Below are positions 35,113 to 49,460 of a DNA stretch of 64,000 nucleotides, one piece after another. Origin of the DNA: Balanoglossus misakiensis. Its lineage: Eukaryota; Animalia; Hemichordata. A program made the position numbers and the translations under genes. The stretch lies in contig CM082586.2 in assembly GCA_040954595.2 (NCBI GenBank), forward strand, positions 8,215,337 to 8,279,336. The letters are read 5' to 3'. The notes beneath the pieces were generated by a model. It made no database searches. It was given only the letters and a program-made list of their open reading frames with translations, and was not told the DNA's origin. Position 1 is the stretch's first letter; each line of letters opens with the position of its first letter.

Positions 35113-38100
35113 CTGTGAAGGTCCAATAGCAGGAATAGTAAACAGTGCGTATCAAGTACATGTACGCACTTAGCGACCATCCATGGCGGTGATTTGATTC
35201 ACAGCAGGGCTAGCTGCTGAGGATGTCGGTATACAAGTCACGTCGATTGTAATATCCGATTTCCCAACACTTTACCAAGATTATTTGATTGTTCACACGT
35301 TAGTCTAGAGACCATTTTAATAATGCGAACCTTGTATTTTGCAATCCACCATTATTCGTCTCACGTTCAGTGAAGTAGCCGCACAGTACAGCGGTCCATA
35401 TTCTCTAAGTAACTCAATCTAAACCCTTCCTGTTGTAGGCCTACCGTGTTTGCTTTCCTTTCTGTAAGTGTTTTTTTCAGTGCAAGTACGGTCAGTTCCG
35501 ATTCAATCTCAAAATAACCTGTTGAGTTTGATGATGATCGTGCCAAACGCAGAAGAGGCCTGCGCCATTCTAACTTCAGTTCGGAGTACTTATACTGTAT
35601 AAGGGACGAAGAATGGAAAGTCTGAATAAATTTGCCGTGGGTAAACGTTGACTTGTTTATCGAAAGACCGATTATAAGTTGCGGAAAATCTTAAAAACAT
35701 AAGTTGTTGCCTCTCCACCTCTGCATTTATATTACGTTTTATATGTGAACTGTCGTGTAGTTAAGGTCGGACGAGGATATTGGTGTACATTCCCACAACA
35801 ACAACAACAACAATCAAAACTCAACATGATGCCAATTTTCGTTTTAAAAAAATGCAAACTCTAATGCACCTTTCTCACTGCAGCATCCGTGCTGGCATCT
35901 CATTTGAATTTATCAAAAATAGAGCTGCCAAGATATGTGTTAGAGCGACAAGATATCCCTTACATTTTAGTTTATGATTTCAGTTATCTTTCGAATGATC
36001 TGTCAAAACATAGCGTCAGAGAACACACATTTCCCTGCTGTATGCCATTATATCGCAAAATTACTGACGAAAGAGTTCGAAATCATCGAAAAATGATGAT
36101 CAAAGGAAGTTGCAGTGTCTGAAAAGATGAAAATACCCTGAACACAAATTTCCTCACTTTCACATCAAAGAGCCAACAGTTATTCCCACATTGTATTTCT
36201 GCCATCAACACTTGTATTACTGAAATCACAAGCGTGGCCACCATTGTGCAGTCTGTGTTATATATTATTAATCCGTTGTTTAAGTTATGTCTTGATTATA
36301 AATTGTTTACGTGTAAGCATGGTGAGTTCAAGAGAGCATCTGTCGATCACACTCTACATTAGCTGGCTCTATAATGACTGAACCGAGAAGTGTTTCGAAC
36401 TTGAGTCCATTCTCCAGAATGAATTTCAAAATACACAAATGTTCATGTACACGCACGAACCTGTGTAAAATACAAACCCACCGAAATGACAAAGTATATA
36501 CATTCTCATTTGGTCAATAAACCGACGTGAGGCGGCATATGGTTATCTATTTACCTAGTTGCTGAATACGAATAAGCGTTTCATTTGAATAGTCAAGGAA
36601 ACCTTTCTCTAATTATTTCAGAAATCGACCTATTTAGGCCTACGTGCTTCATATCCTGAACCATGTATAAAGTATGGAGCGGTCGAGAATTTGATGTGGT
36701 AACGCTGATTCGATACAACTTATGGTGTCTCCGTCTTTGTTAGAGTGTGTTACAAACCTGTATTTCTCATTGCTCGTTAGTGAAGAAATAGTTTCACTGA
36801 TATTGCCACATTCCTGCTTAACGTTGACCCTGAGTTATGGGCGCTTGTAGGCATGGCATGCAACACGATTCGCGATCATGATCGGTTGATCTTTTTCACA
36901 TTCATGTACGTGATAGTAGAGACAGATTGTATATCCAGGTTTAAATTGCTAAAGTCTTGTACAATGGTGTCAGATGTACGCCCCGTGGGATTGTTGATAG
37001 AATATTCCATATCTGATAATATGTATATCTGAACAACCCATTTGAAGAGTTGACAATGTGAACGCCAAATTGCGGTTTATGTACTTTTGGAAAATGATTT
37101 TGAATAGCCTTTTATCGGTTCAGACAATCACGTGGTTTGAAAACAGCAGCGTGCATTTACGTCATATTTCAAAGGTGGACAGTGTCGAGTGTACGTGGCA
37201 AAGACCGTGACTGCATATACAGACTATGGCCATTTAAGTTATATCGGTAATAAATGTCTGTAGAAATATGTCGTTTTATTTATCATTAACAGAAACTCCC
37301 AGCCATCTCATCTGATCTTTACGTTGTCACCTTGTCACTCGGGCTGGTAACATTTGACTTTTAGAATTGTAGTCATTCCTGGCGCGTTGCTGAAATTACT
37401 GTCTTGTAAGTTACGACTTATTTGGTGCAAATGTCGTCGACATGTATGTAAAACTACTCAATTGAGAGTTTGGAATTTGTTGAAGAAAATTGTTGGCGAC
37501 GGAAGAGAATTTTTCTTTAGTACACGTTTAAAGATTGCCCATGTCTCTTCATTCCTATACAATAAAACACGTAAATGCACGGACACCACATGGTGATGGT
37601 CTGTCGAACACGAAGGAAAGCGCTGTGCCATAGATAGTAAATAAACAGATGTGTTGATTTGATGAAAGCCTTGTGGCGTAGTTAGTAATTGAGAGGTGTC
37701 AAGAAAATGCTATCACAGGGTGCCTGACAAGGAATTTATTTTTTTAAAACCCGAAAAGAAAATGCCGCGATATCATCGATTGCACACCCTCTACATTATG
37801 TCGAATACAAGTTTCTGTAGATAAAAATTAGAAGACCTGCTAAGCGAATGAATTCCGTGCATTTCAATGTCAAATTTAATGAAACGACATATTAAGACAA
37901 GTGTATACCCCACAGCTACGAGGTAAAGTTTAATGCCACTCACGCCGTGTGAAGGTTATATTATATTACATGTAACTCTTTGGTGATTGAAGGAACTTAT
38001 TAAAAACAAGAATCTTGTTTCTTGCTGTTTTAGACCGACACTTTCCACATGATCAGTGCTGTACGAATGTAACAAAATTTGCCTTAAATTTATTGGATAA

Positions 38101-39499
38101 ATCTCGTTCGACCCATGATTTGAAACGACCACAAACTCCGGCCATTATGTCACAGCATTTTGTTTAATATTTCTGATTTGTATACTGCTTTCCATTTTGC
38201 TCTCCTTTGAACCAATTATGGGAAAAAATCCGGCGTACCCTGACACGGAAGAATGTTTTAGCCCAGGGAGTGGATTGCTGTAGAAGAGAAAACATAAAAC
38301 GAACATCTGCTGCAATTCGTAAAGAGCTCAGCGTTATTTGAATGACCATATTATGCTGGGAACTGTGTCGTGTCTTACAATCTATTAAAACTGCTGCGGT
38401 ATTTACTGGCGTGTGGTGAATCGGAAGGCCGCTAATCAGGCTCTGTACATCACCTTACAGTAAGCCTTTATGATCTGCCCTGTTTTAAGCCAGTTTTTGA
38501 CATGTCAGGTTTTTCCACGCAATCAAACCATGAACGAGAGGGCAAGAATGGGAATATCGCATTGACTAAGAATTTCATCAACATCAATGACAACGATGAG
38601 ATCAAAAAATTAAAAATTGCTTACTTCTGTAATGTGCACTCAGTTTTGGTCCTGATAAAACGCTAAAACTCTATGAAGCGATGATATAACAAGATCATTT
38701 AGACTCGCAATGGCGATACCGCGGTGCGCCCTAGGTTTCGGTACCAACACGCAATTACACAGATGGAAAAAAACTAATATCTCACACTCGAAGAAATTCT
38801 ATGGTAAACTTAAACAGCTGTTGAGATTACAATCCCCAAACAGTGGAGTTTAACATCCTTTATGCAAGACTCTACGCCCATGAGTGAACATTTTATCGGT
38901 ATCGTGTCCTGTATAGCCTGTTTCTGATACACTTCTTGGCTGGAAGGCTGAAAATACCTTTTCAATGAATGGTTATAATCAAATATAGTTTTACACACAT
39001 CACACGTGTATCCAAAGCGATAATAATGAACATTGGGTAATCTTTCAAAACCTCACCATGGATCAAAATTACTCGCCATACGCAATTTGTGAATCCATGC
39101 AGGCGAGAAATTTGTCTAATATTACATCCATTTTCTTCTTTATAACTATGTTCAAATATAAAAGTACATTGTATTTAAAAATGAACTCTGCAAATAACAT
39201 CCAGTTCTATAAACATTGTACCGTATAGGTCTGCAATAGCATTTCTTTGGTAGTATTTAGGATCATTGCGTTTATAGTTAAGAGTACACGTGGGTCAACG
39301 CGCTCGCAGAATTACACATAGATGTGTTTTTTACCAGGGTGCGTCCGACGCTTTCGAATCTCACTTTTTTATTGTATAGATGATGCAGTACTTGGAAGCT
39401 TAATGGCTTTAATATATCGTATAACATTAACGGTGTCGTCATAAAACAACCCGAATGTAGTAAAACAGATGAAATGACCAGAGAGCAGATAGGCAGACA

Positions 39500-39572
39500 T
39501 AGAGAGAGGAGAGAGAGAGAGAGAGAGAGTTGAAGAGACAGAGAGGGGGGGGGGGAGAGAGAGGGGAGGGAG
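39500..39572. repeat. (GA)n/G-rich microsatellite
   Basis: Visible directly in the sequence. Confidence 0.9.
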
Positions 39573-42500
39573 ACATAGACACACTCGACAGTTATTTTGG
39601 GACTGTGAACAGAATAAAAGTTATAGACGTATAAAATGACATGCGTGATCAGCAGATTGTCTATTTTTATCATTTAAAAGCCGTCGGTATAGAAAAGACT
39701 GTAGCCGATCACTTCCCATGATTGTGTGACTAAAGAAGGCCGCCGGAAGCACCGAAATGACTTGTCTGTAATAAACACAGAATCTTCATTAATATAAACA
39801 GACTTTAATAGACTCGCAATTTATTTATTGATTTGAAATCTTCAGACAAAGACACATTCGTATCAGAACTTAAAAAGACGATAATGTTATATTGAATATG
39901 CCGGAAAATACAACTTCGAATGAATACAAGCGCAGCCTATGAAGTGAATAGAGAACTGTCATATTGTCGGCTTCTCTGAGTATTGAAACATCTATCTTCA
40001 TATATTGCGGTACATCTAACCAATTCGATGCGAATAATATTGGTATTCAAGTGAACATTAGCAAATTCAACAATAGATTTTGCAAGCCTTTATGTCCAAC
40101 ACCTTGCTCCATTTTAACTCTTGTTTGTGATTTGAATTCACATATTTTGTGAGTAAATATCAGAAGAATCTAATGTCCATGCACTTAATGTGGGCATACG
40201 CAAGAATGTTACACGTTGCGGCCGCAATAAAAGGGGGGTAAGCTGATATATGTCTATATTTGTGATTGTTTGTACCACAAACCTCAAAAAGTGTGGTCTT
40301 GTTAATGCTTTCGCATCCTGTGGCTGGCAACTATGCATCACTTAATCGTGATCACTTTCTTAGACATCGAAATCACGTGTTGCCATAGTAAATTTTTATT
40401 TATGATTCGTGAACCAAAGACTACTGGAAACGTGATTTCTAGGCAACATCTTCCTAAGTTGAAAGATCTTGAGTGACTCATACCGTATGTGCTCGCACAA
40501 ATTTGAATATACATGTACCTCTTTCACCCTGCAAGGGGCTTTTCCTTTCTGAACACCTACTGCACATGCGCACACCAATACTTTGAAATACTCCTTTTTA
40601 TCGCGAACTTAGACACTTTTAACTCAATATGCAACGGGAGTAATATAGATATATTGATAACCCTAATGATTTCCAGTCTGCACTACATAATTTTCTCATG
40701 ATTGATTCAAATGATGTTTTTTGTTCATTAACTTTTGTTCGTTTCCAATACTTTTATGAAGTGTTTTATTTTAACGAACACGGGGCAAACTGTTGGTAAC
40801 TAATAAAACATATAAATAAATAAAGTTGCAATTAGTATTTCGCGTGTAACAAAGTGTGGGCAACACTCAAATCACAGTTAAGAATCACGCTACAACTCCG
40901 ATTTCAAACAACAAAAAACAGCTTCAGTTTTGCATCTGCGCATCGGGTATATAGACGCTACGACAAATCTAAATTCTCACGTCGCTACAACTCAGTCAAA
41001 ATGATAAGGAAAAGGTTGCATGTGTACTTTCAGTGAAAGCACTTTGTTGACAATTGCAGTACTTTGAACGGCCCAATTTTATATCTGCATTCCTGACTCA
41101 ACTTTGCTAGGATTATAATCATTTTTCTTTCCCAATTTGTTTACCATTATAATCGTGAATCATCTAATCAATTTCATCATAAATGCCATGAAAAGAACGT
41201 GATTTCCGCGTGTTTCTGATAACTCCTGCTTTCAGAAGCCTTATCAAGGCCAATTGATATTGCCATGTTTGTATACATGTAAAAAAATTCTACCTGTTTT
41301 TAGTTACAATAAGAACTCGTGAACATAGTTGTTGGAAATATTGATTTATTGAAATGCTGATTTGTCTTGAAATAAAGCATCATTAAAATCACGGATATCA
41401 TAATACTAATTGTTGTTCATGTTGACTTCAACATATTTCCTTTCAGCATGATCATTCTGATCACAAAGAGAATACAGCTGTAGTCACGATATCATAATAC
41501 AGAACGTCAGTGCGTATTCGTATTAACACTACAAAACGTGAACAAGAAAATTAATATTCGAGACGTATACAAGTACCTCTACCTGGCAACTTGGCATGTA
41601 TTGGAGGGTTGCCATGGCAACACATGGGGATTAAAATTAGTTTTAAGGCTTGAATAGGGGCACAATATACTATAGCTGAAGGGTGGTCAGTGATAAGAGA
41701 TGATTGACAGCTCCGACGTTCTTCTGATCCTGATGATTTCATAAATAGTCCATCATAAAGTGGGAAATGAAAAGTTTCCCGGCAAGGCAAATGTGTCATC
41801 AAGCGCCGGGGTGATTGACAGGAGACAGCAAAATAGCGGTGCATTAATACCACCATCAGTGTGAATTAAACATCGCTTTATTGTGTGTGACACTAATTAC
41901 CCCCGTGACTACATGCACAATTACTGGCACTTTGATTGCCTGCAGTAAAAAGCCACATTGTGAATTCTACGCGGATTCCCAAGTAGCGTCTGGCCATTGT
42001 CTGCCATTGTACAATGGTTACATTGGATAGAGCATTCAGGTTCTACTCAACTGACAGTGTGTGCTTACAAGATAACAAAGTTACCCGGTCGGCTTTGACA
42101 ACGGACAACCCTTGAACTTTTTGGTTAAAATCTTTGTGCAAGATCACTGCAGGTAAATTGGATATTTAAATTGATCAATGGCACTCAATGAACCTTTGCA
42201 TTTAGAGTTATTCGTCAGCTTCAAGTACTGCGAAGTTCGCCACGGAGATTTGTGACACGGTTTGGCGACGCTTGGTTACCAAGGCAACCCTCGGTGGTTT
42301 CTAACATCAGGCTGCGTGTGGACTGACTGTACTTCACCTGTTGATACGCATGTGTCGCAGAATCTCTCACTCAGAGAACCAGAGATGCAGTACATGTGAT
42401 CGCATATTATTCTTGAAAGCAAATGGTGAACGACAGGGTAGTGTTACTGAAATTACCATAAAGTATAGGTATATATTTTAGTTGTCATTGAGCTGTATTA

Positions 42501-42687
42501 CAGCTATTCTCGTTTCCCTGAATTTTTGAGTTGAGACTGAGAGGCAAATGACGAATCTGATGTCGAATGATGGTAGTGTGATCAAATGGCAAAACTGATG
42601 TGTGACTGTACAGCTATACTGATCTCTATACAATCGACCGTCACGGTTGCCAGTCGGTATGAAGGGATAATAACGCAATTGATTTGG

Positions 42688-42698
42688 CAGAGAGAGAA

Positions 42699-42734
<36 letters not shown>

Positions 42735-42756
42735 CTAAAGACAGAGGGAGAGAGAG
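42688..42756. repeat. (GA)n/(GACA)n microsatellite in the putative promoter region of the GPCR gene
   Basis: Visible directly; a CCAAT follows at ~42800. Confidence 0.85.
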
Positions 42757-43484
42757 TGTACAAATTCTAGATGTTGAGAGCAAACTGCTGTCACGCTGTC
42801 CAATCAACGCAAAGACCCAGTGATCAGTTACAGTGGACGAGTCCAACGTGTGTCTCCAACGTTCCATGCATTGAAACCTCTGCTGTACACTTTGGTAGCG
42901 CTATAGTTACAGCACTCCGGGTTATTTGGAAAGATCTCTAGGCTACACAGAACGATGCATTGGGTGGTCAATGCATGGATACAATTTGACAAGGACATCA
43001 TTTTAGGAGATATCGTGTGAGTGTGCTTGTGACAACCTGTGGGTGCGGACAATTCTGAAATGAAAGCAGTTCAACGTACTGCTGCTCCTAGTATACCACT
43101 TACACCGACGCAGTGTGCCATCAAACTAAAGATTTCTTGAGGATCGGATTTTGCTCGACCCGAACTTTAGGAAGGTATGTGGTATTTTCGGCTGATGCGT
43201 ACAGGACATCCGGTGAACGATTTGGACAATGTGTTCTAATAGCGCAATCGATTTTCCCCAAGTTGATTATAGATGTGCGAAGGTCGTAGCACCAGTACTC
43301 AAGTGATCGGTGTATATTATGCATTCTGTATAGAGAGACAGACAGTTGCAGCAGATGTTAACGAGAGCGGCAAGCGTGCAGCTGTAACGCTCGTCCATCA
43401 TCCTTTCAACGGACCAAGTATAGGCCCTACTCTACCTCTAAAGCTCCTTCGTGACATTTCAGAAAACACACCACAACAGACATC

Positions 43485-43730
43485 ATGAGACGGCACTCAA
43501 ACTGCCACTCAAGTGTTTTAATTCTCGTGGCCGTGTTGGCGAACATCGTCGTTTCGGAAAAGGATTTGCATATTTTGGGACTGTTCCCCATGACCGGCTC
43601 CTGGCCTGGCGGACAGGGACAGCGACCCGCCATCGAAATAGGCATTCAACACGTCAATCTAAACCCAACAATTTTACCCAACTATACATTGGTACTGGAT
43701 CCTTCCAATCCCGCCGACGCTGATACGTGG
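43485..43730 (+). CDS. First coding exon of a GABA-B receptor-like class C GPCR (signal peptide plus start of the Venus-flytrap/ANF-receptor domain); remainder outside the window
   Basis: Signal peptide VLILVAVLANIVVS, then LHILGLFPMTGSWPGGQGQRPAIEIGIQHVN....ILPNYTL (cf. GABA-B1 [29 protein letters not shown]...ILPDYEL); phase-0 donor TGG|gtaagt. Confidence 0.8.
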
Positions 43731-46700
43731 GTAAGTGAGACGTTCCACGTTTAGATTTGATCTGAATTAATGCTATTTGATATGTTGCATGTTGTGTTAA
43801 GTATTCTCACAATGGATTAATAATATTAGTTTTATAGTATTTAATGTAGACACGCAAATGTCCAACAAGAAACCGACCTACACCATAACCCCTGGCTGCC
43901 ACTATGACGAATCTAAACCAAAATACAGTATACTAAAGTTTGAAACATTCTTTTTAGCGTCTGGAGATACAAGGCAATACCAGTAATGTCCTTCTATATT
44001 CCAAATAATAGCTTTTGATTAAGTAATGGTATGGACGGCATTTGAATATGCGGTATTTGATCTGTTTATTAGCAATTTTGTTTATTACTGTTCAAAAAGA
44101 CAAGACAATGTATCGATCTAATAATTCTTAATTTTGATAATAGTGTGTATCGTCTATGTTGAATGTGAATGAAAGGGGGAGGCGAAGAAATTGTTGCAGT
44201 CTGATTGCTTTGGAAAATTAGCTTTTACGCTTAGCCTTGAGGCTTTTAATAATTAAAAATACATATCATATAAATGGACCTTTTGTCATCGTACCTTTTT
44301 TTTAATTTCATAAACATCATGTATGATTATTACTTTTAACAATGTGTATTGTGCAGTTGAAAAAAAAACGACTTATTAAATTGTAGCTAATAAAAAAGAC
44401 CCTATAATCACTACGTTTAAGGGCATTATATAAATATCTGAACGCTTTAATGACCTTACACCTGGCCTTAATTTATGAGGCGTTCCTGGGACTACTATGT
44501 CGATTTTAATTGAATTCTATTCTAAGTTTTAAGAATACGTTGAATGTCGGATAAGAAGTTAATCCGAGATAACGCTGCAAATTGATGAAACAGCCAGGAA
44601 TTTAATCCGGTTTAAAGATTGGCTTCATTACGATGATTTCTCTAGCGTTTGAAATCCGGAAGAAAGGTAATGGGCCCTTACAGACCTCGGATTTAATCGA
44701 ACTCAGTCGGAAACGAGTCGGACTGATCGGAAATTACGGACGGTGTAAGCGAATGTGACGTTAATGCCGCTGGTATTGCCTGTTATTACCGCACACCATT
44801 TATTACTTGATGACAATCTGACGGACATACATGTATAGGGTCATAGAAGGGGCATTAAATGAATCATTTGTCCTGTCAAACGACACAGAATGTTAGAAAA
44901 ATATCTTGACAAGTTGGAGTACTCGGTATGCACGACAGTTAACTACGCATTGCATATATTTTCCTGCGGCTTGCGTTCCATTGCTAAAAGAATCACGTTA
45001 TGGTTCAAATTACAGTTAGTCATGTGACGAGAATGTGTTAGGACAAGGGTTCTATAGTCGCTTACCGTCGTGTTCAGCAAGTACCACTCGACTAATTTGT
45101 TTATCCGAGGATAGATTCTTGCCCAAACAACATTCTCACGTAAACACTTATTTCGATTTACCACTCACAACATATGAAAACCCAACACGTCTCGCGAGGC
45201 AAGGTTGTATACGGGACGAATGACGTGTTTATGACTTCGCATCACTAACGTTATTTTAACGACGTTACAGATTGTATGTCGCATCTGTCAAGTACCTGTT
45301 AAATGATTACTTCACTGACATTTCAATTGAAAGTATAATGAATTAAAACAATATGCATGTAGTATAAATACGCCAATGTCTTTGATGTAAATGCGAAGGT
45401 GTGCCACTATGTTTTGTACTGGGCAACATTGTAAATTCCGAAACGACCATGATGCTATCTGTCGTCTGGATTCTTTTAGCCTGTACGAATGATTATTATA
45501 CAGAAATGTCACATTATTAATTATAATAGACCGCTAACACATACCAAGATAATAACAAAAGTAATTTGTGATCACCATAGCTGGGTGTGCAAAATATTAC
45601 ATATGAAGGCACTATGTCATGTTCTGCACACCCAGTGCTGTTTTTACTCATTTGCGAGAGGGGGAAAGAAATGGGGGAGGGGCATTTTAAGGAAGGTAGT
45701 CACCTTGTCGGAAAACAACGCACCCCGGTCAATTAAAATTACCGGTCCCTTAAAACACATGTGCTTAAAACGAAGCAGGAGTTTTCTTTTGTTTTGTATT
45801 AAAACAGATTATTGTTTATTGGTTTTTGCTTTCTTTAGCTGGGCAATGTTTTGGGATGTACCGCCAGTCTAGATATTGTCTGGATGTGATTCATAAACCG
45901 ACGATTAAACTACCTATGTAAGAAATTTAACGACGAATGACTTGTTTGTACAGTAGCTCCATGGGTTTTCTCAATCTAAACCGATATTGAGCCAGCCAAC
46001 TCCAAAATACATGATTGAATACTAAGAAACTAGCGACCAAACATTCACATCAAGAACACGGTTTGTGGCACTATACCAACACTCCAAATCCGGTTGGCCA
46101 AGGAATGATTGATAAAAATAGTAATTTTGCTAATTTTGGAATAAATGCGTCATATTTGTCCGCCCAATTTGAGATCTGAAATTCAAAGTCAAATTACCAT
46201 TGCTGCCATGGAAACAAGCTCTCCTTATCATCAGAATCCCGGACTTTTTTGTAAGATGAATGTATTTTATGAAGGGTAAATGTAGAAGGTCAAATACAAT
46301 GGGCCCCACCACCAGCGCCATACACAAAAACTAATCGCCCCATCTGTCGATATCAATACGTTCTCCTAATGAGTGCGCTGCCAAATATTAGATTAAATCA
46401 CAATGTAATTATTTGACACAGTCGTTTATTATTGTATAAACAGGCGTCACTTGGGTCTGTCCTGCAGCTATTTGTACCAATCAGCTATCGCTACTGAGTG
46501 AACGTTGCTGGCTGTGTAATGATTCAAATAGAAATGTAAATGATTGACAATGTCCCTCCTGTATGTATAGAAAAACGTGCATGACTTATTACTAAGATTG
46601 TAATCAAAGAACCCATATAACCACCTTGCTATACTATTTTCGCAGTCGATAATTACAGTGGAGTAATTATTATCATCACAACAAATCACTTAACTGGCAT

Positions 46701-49460
46701 CAGTTTAGGATAGACACTATCACTTGCATGTCTTCTGCATGAGTTGCTTCTAATCACAGATACTATTTCTAACACAGTGCCCACAGGGTCCCTGGAGGTT
46801 AATGATAATTACATGTTGATGTGACATTTACAAGTGTGTGCCGCGAAAGTGGTGGTTCTACTACATGTCCAATATACAAATGTACTCTCTACTCTATACA
46901 CATTCTGGATGTTGTTTTAATGCCACCGTGAATAAAGTCAGCGACCTGCTCACTTTTAAGATTTATGAGTTATTTTTAAGTTGATGATATATGGGCAATG
47001 ATAGGACTATTCTAATACTGTTGTGTGTCCAATACATGTGTAATTCATACTGGGTCCATACTGTGTAAAACTAGAAACGTTTCAGAGACACTTTTTGTCA
47101 TTTTGTAAATACAGAGAGTTCATCCTTTGTGTCGCTTTGTGACCACGCACAAAGTTGAAGCATCGGCCCGATCGGCCCCCGTATTGCAGTATAGTGCGGA
47201 CGCGGCCAAAATCTCTTCCCCAAACGACAGTTACTTTTTGTCACCCTAAATTTCAATCGGGTTGACGAATTTAATATGAACAACATACAGCCAAAAACGT
47301 CACTTTGGCTCTGTAATCTCCATCGTCGATGAATGTTCAATATAAACTGAATTGTGATGATGTTGTCAATCATCTCCGTGCGGTAACTTTGTGAAAGTCG
47401 TCGACTTACCGATCATTCAATAAAACCTAGCGAATACCATATCTATTAATGGATGCGTTGACGACAGAAATCAGAATCCTCTACCGCACGATCTTTTCCA
47501 GTTCATCAATTTAGTTTTGTGCACGATGTTCCTTTTAAACGCAGTGTTCATTTTTGAACGCCACAATATCAAGTGCTCAATAGTACATTAAAATGGAAAA
47601 TATTTTAAAATGTGCCGTGAATAACAAATTGCTGTCATGACCTTAGTCTCGCTTACGAGTGCGAGTCGCTGAGTAGAAACGCAAAAAGTGTAACAATGGC
47701 ATCTACTGTAATGAGCAACCAATCCAATTGCACAGAAAGAGAAAAAAGTAAGAAAGTTAGGAGGAATGTCGATCAAGTACCATTCAAGTACCAATCTACT
47801 TAAACGTTGTGACTACTTCTGTATATACATGTAATATTTATTTATTTATTTATTTATTTATTTATTTGTCGGTATGGATTTATAAAGACGTACCTCAGTT
47901 TTTAATAAATCCAATCTCATACATTAAAGGTTATTTCTGTGTACGCGTTTCGCAAATACCGATTCGGGCACATCGAACGGCGTTTTATGACTAACCCCCA
48001 ACTAAATTCCTTTTGGAAGTTTGAACTTGACACCAGCACCTGGCCGTTGTCAAATGACATGGGTCGTACGAGTATGGTACAGTTCGAACGTTCTGTGCAT
48101 CAGTGTATGTAACATCCATCAAAGAGTACAGCAGGCGTTGGCACCGGTCAATCAATGCCCGCAAAGACTAGACCACCATTTGGCCGCATGCAGTACTCGA
48201 AGATCGGATGACCTTGACTTTGAACTATTTGCCTGGATAACAAACTGGTGTTTTTTCATGTTCGCGCTCTCTTGCAAGTGACTCGGTGGAGGAGGGGTTA
48301 GGGATCATTGGACCCCATAATAATATGTAATTTAGCAAATTGGAAACGCCACTTTAATTAAACATCGGCTATCGTCCAATTTAAATTCCTCGTCCTCTTT
48401 AAATTTAAAATGTTTTAAAAGTAATACTTTTGTTCCTGTCAAAACTGCTCGCTTTTATAGATAGTCTCATGAAAACTTGCCCTTGCTAACTTTCCCATGA
48501 ATCGTTTTTCTTTTGTAGTCAGTCCATGCAGTAGCATATCATTAGATATTATAGCACAGAATAGCACAGTATGATATAGTGTCACATAATTGTCGAAGTA
48601 TTACCATATGTACCTTTCAGTGTGACTATACATGTCATATCACACGGCACAAAGTGTGTTGAAGTCGATTCTTATGTACAACCAAACTACTAATTCTGTC
48701 AGAACCAACCACACATTAACGCAAAAGAGCTATTTCTGCAGAAGTGTGTTGAACTCTGATCGAAAAAAAATCGATGCGTTCCCACAAGACGGCTCCTGGG
48801 GCTACGACAACAGTAGGCAGTAATGACTGTGCCATGTTTCAATACGCTCAACTCATATTGCGAACCCCTTATGGTCAAATACTAAAATGTAGCAAAAGAG
48901 AATAAGATAAATATAACAGACCCCCTAACAATACAACCAAACGTCAAAACCAACGTTATTGTGTAGTGACATAGCAAATTACTCTCCACAAAAAACATTG
49001 TCATGTGTAGAATAGAACGGATGGAGAGATTGTTTGTAAGTAAGTGGTGAATGTCATTGAGAAAGATTGACAGCTTCAAGGAGAAACACACGGTGAAGAC
49101 TCACTTGTGTCCTTTCCTATTCACTTGTAATTACACTTTTATAATGTACGCTCTGTTCGAGTCGCAACCTGTAAGTGTTGACTTCCATGTTTTTTTTAAT
49201 CCTAAATATTCCTATTGAGACATGAAGGCGTGGGTGTTTCCAGACCTATCCAGGGGCGTAGGAAGCAATTCATGGTGGGGGGGGGGGGGCAAATGTAACC
49301 TACATTATGGCGGCGAACGACTGACAATGGAAATTTGCAAATATGAATAAATTAAAATAATTACAGTAATATATGAATACATTAAAATGACAAGTCATTT
49401 CAGACCTATCGACAGTTGAGTTCACTGACGTTGTATTTTAGGATTTCAGTGTAACAATAT

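Noticed and set aside
35200-43400. Numerous 60-130-aa ORFs upstream of the GPCR exon (and similar ones in 44000-64000)
   Set aside because: Low-complexity or microsatellite-derived, with no motifs or consistent splice structure; treated as non-coding.
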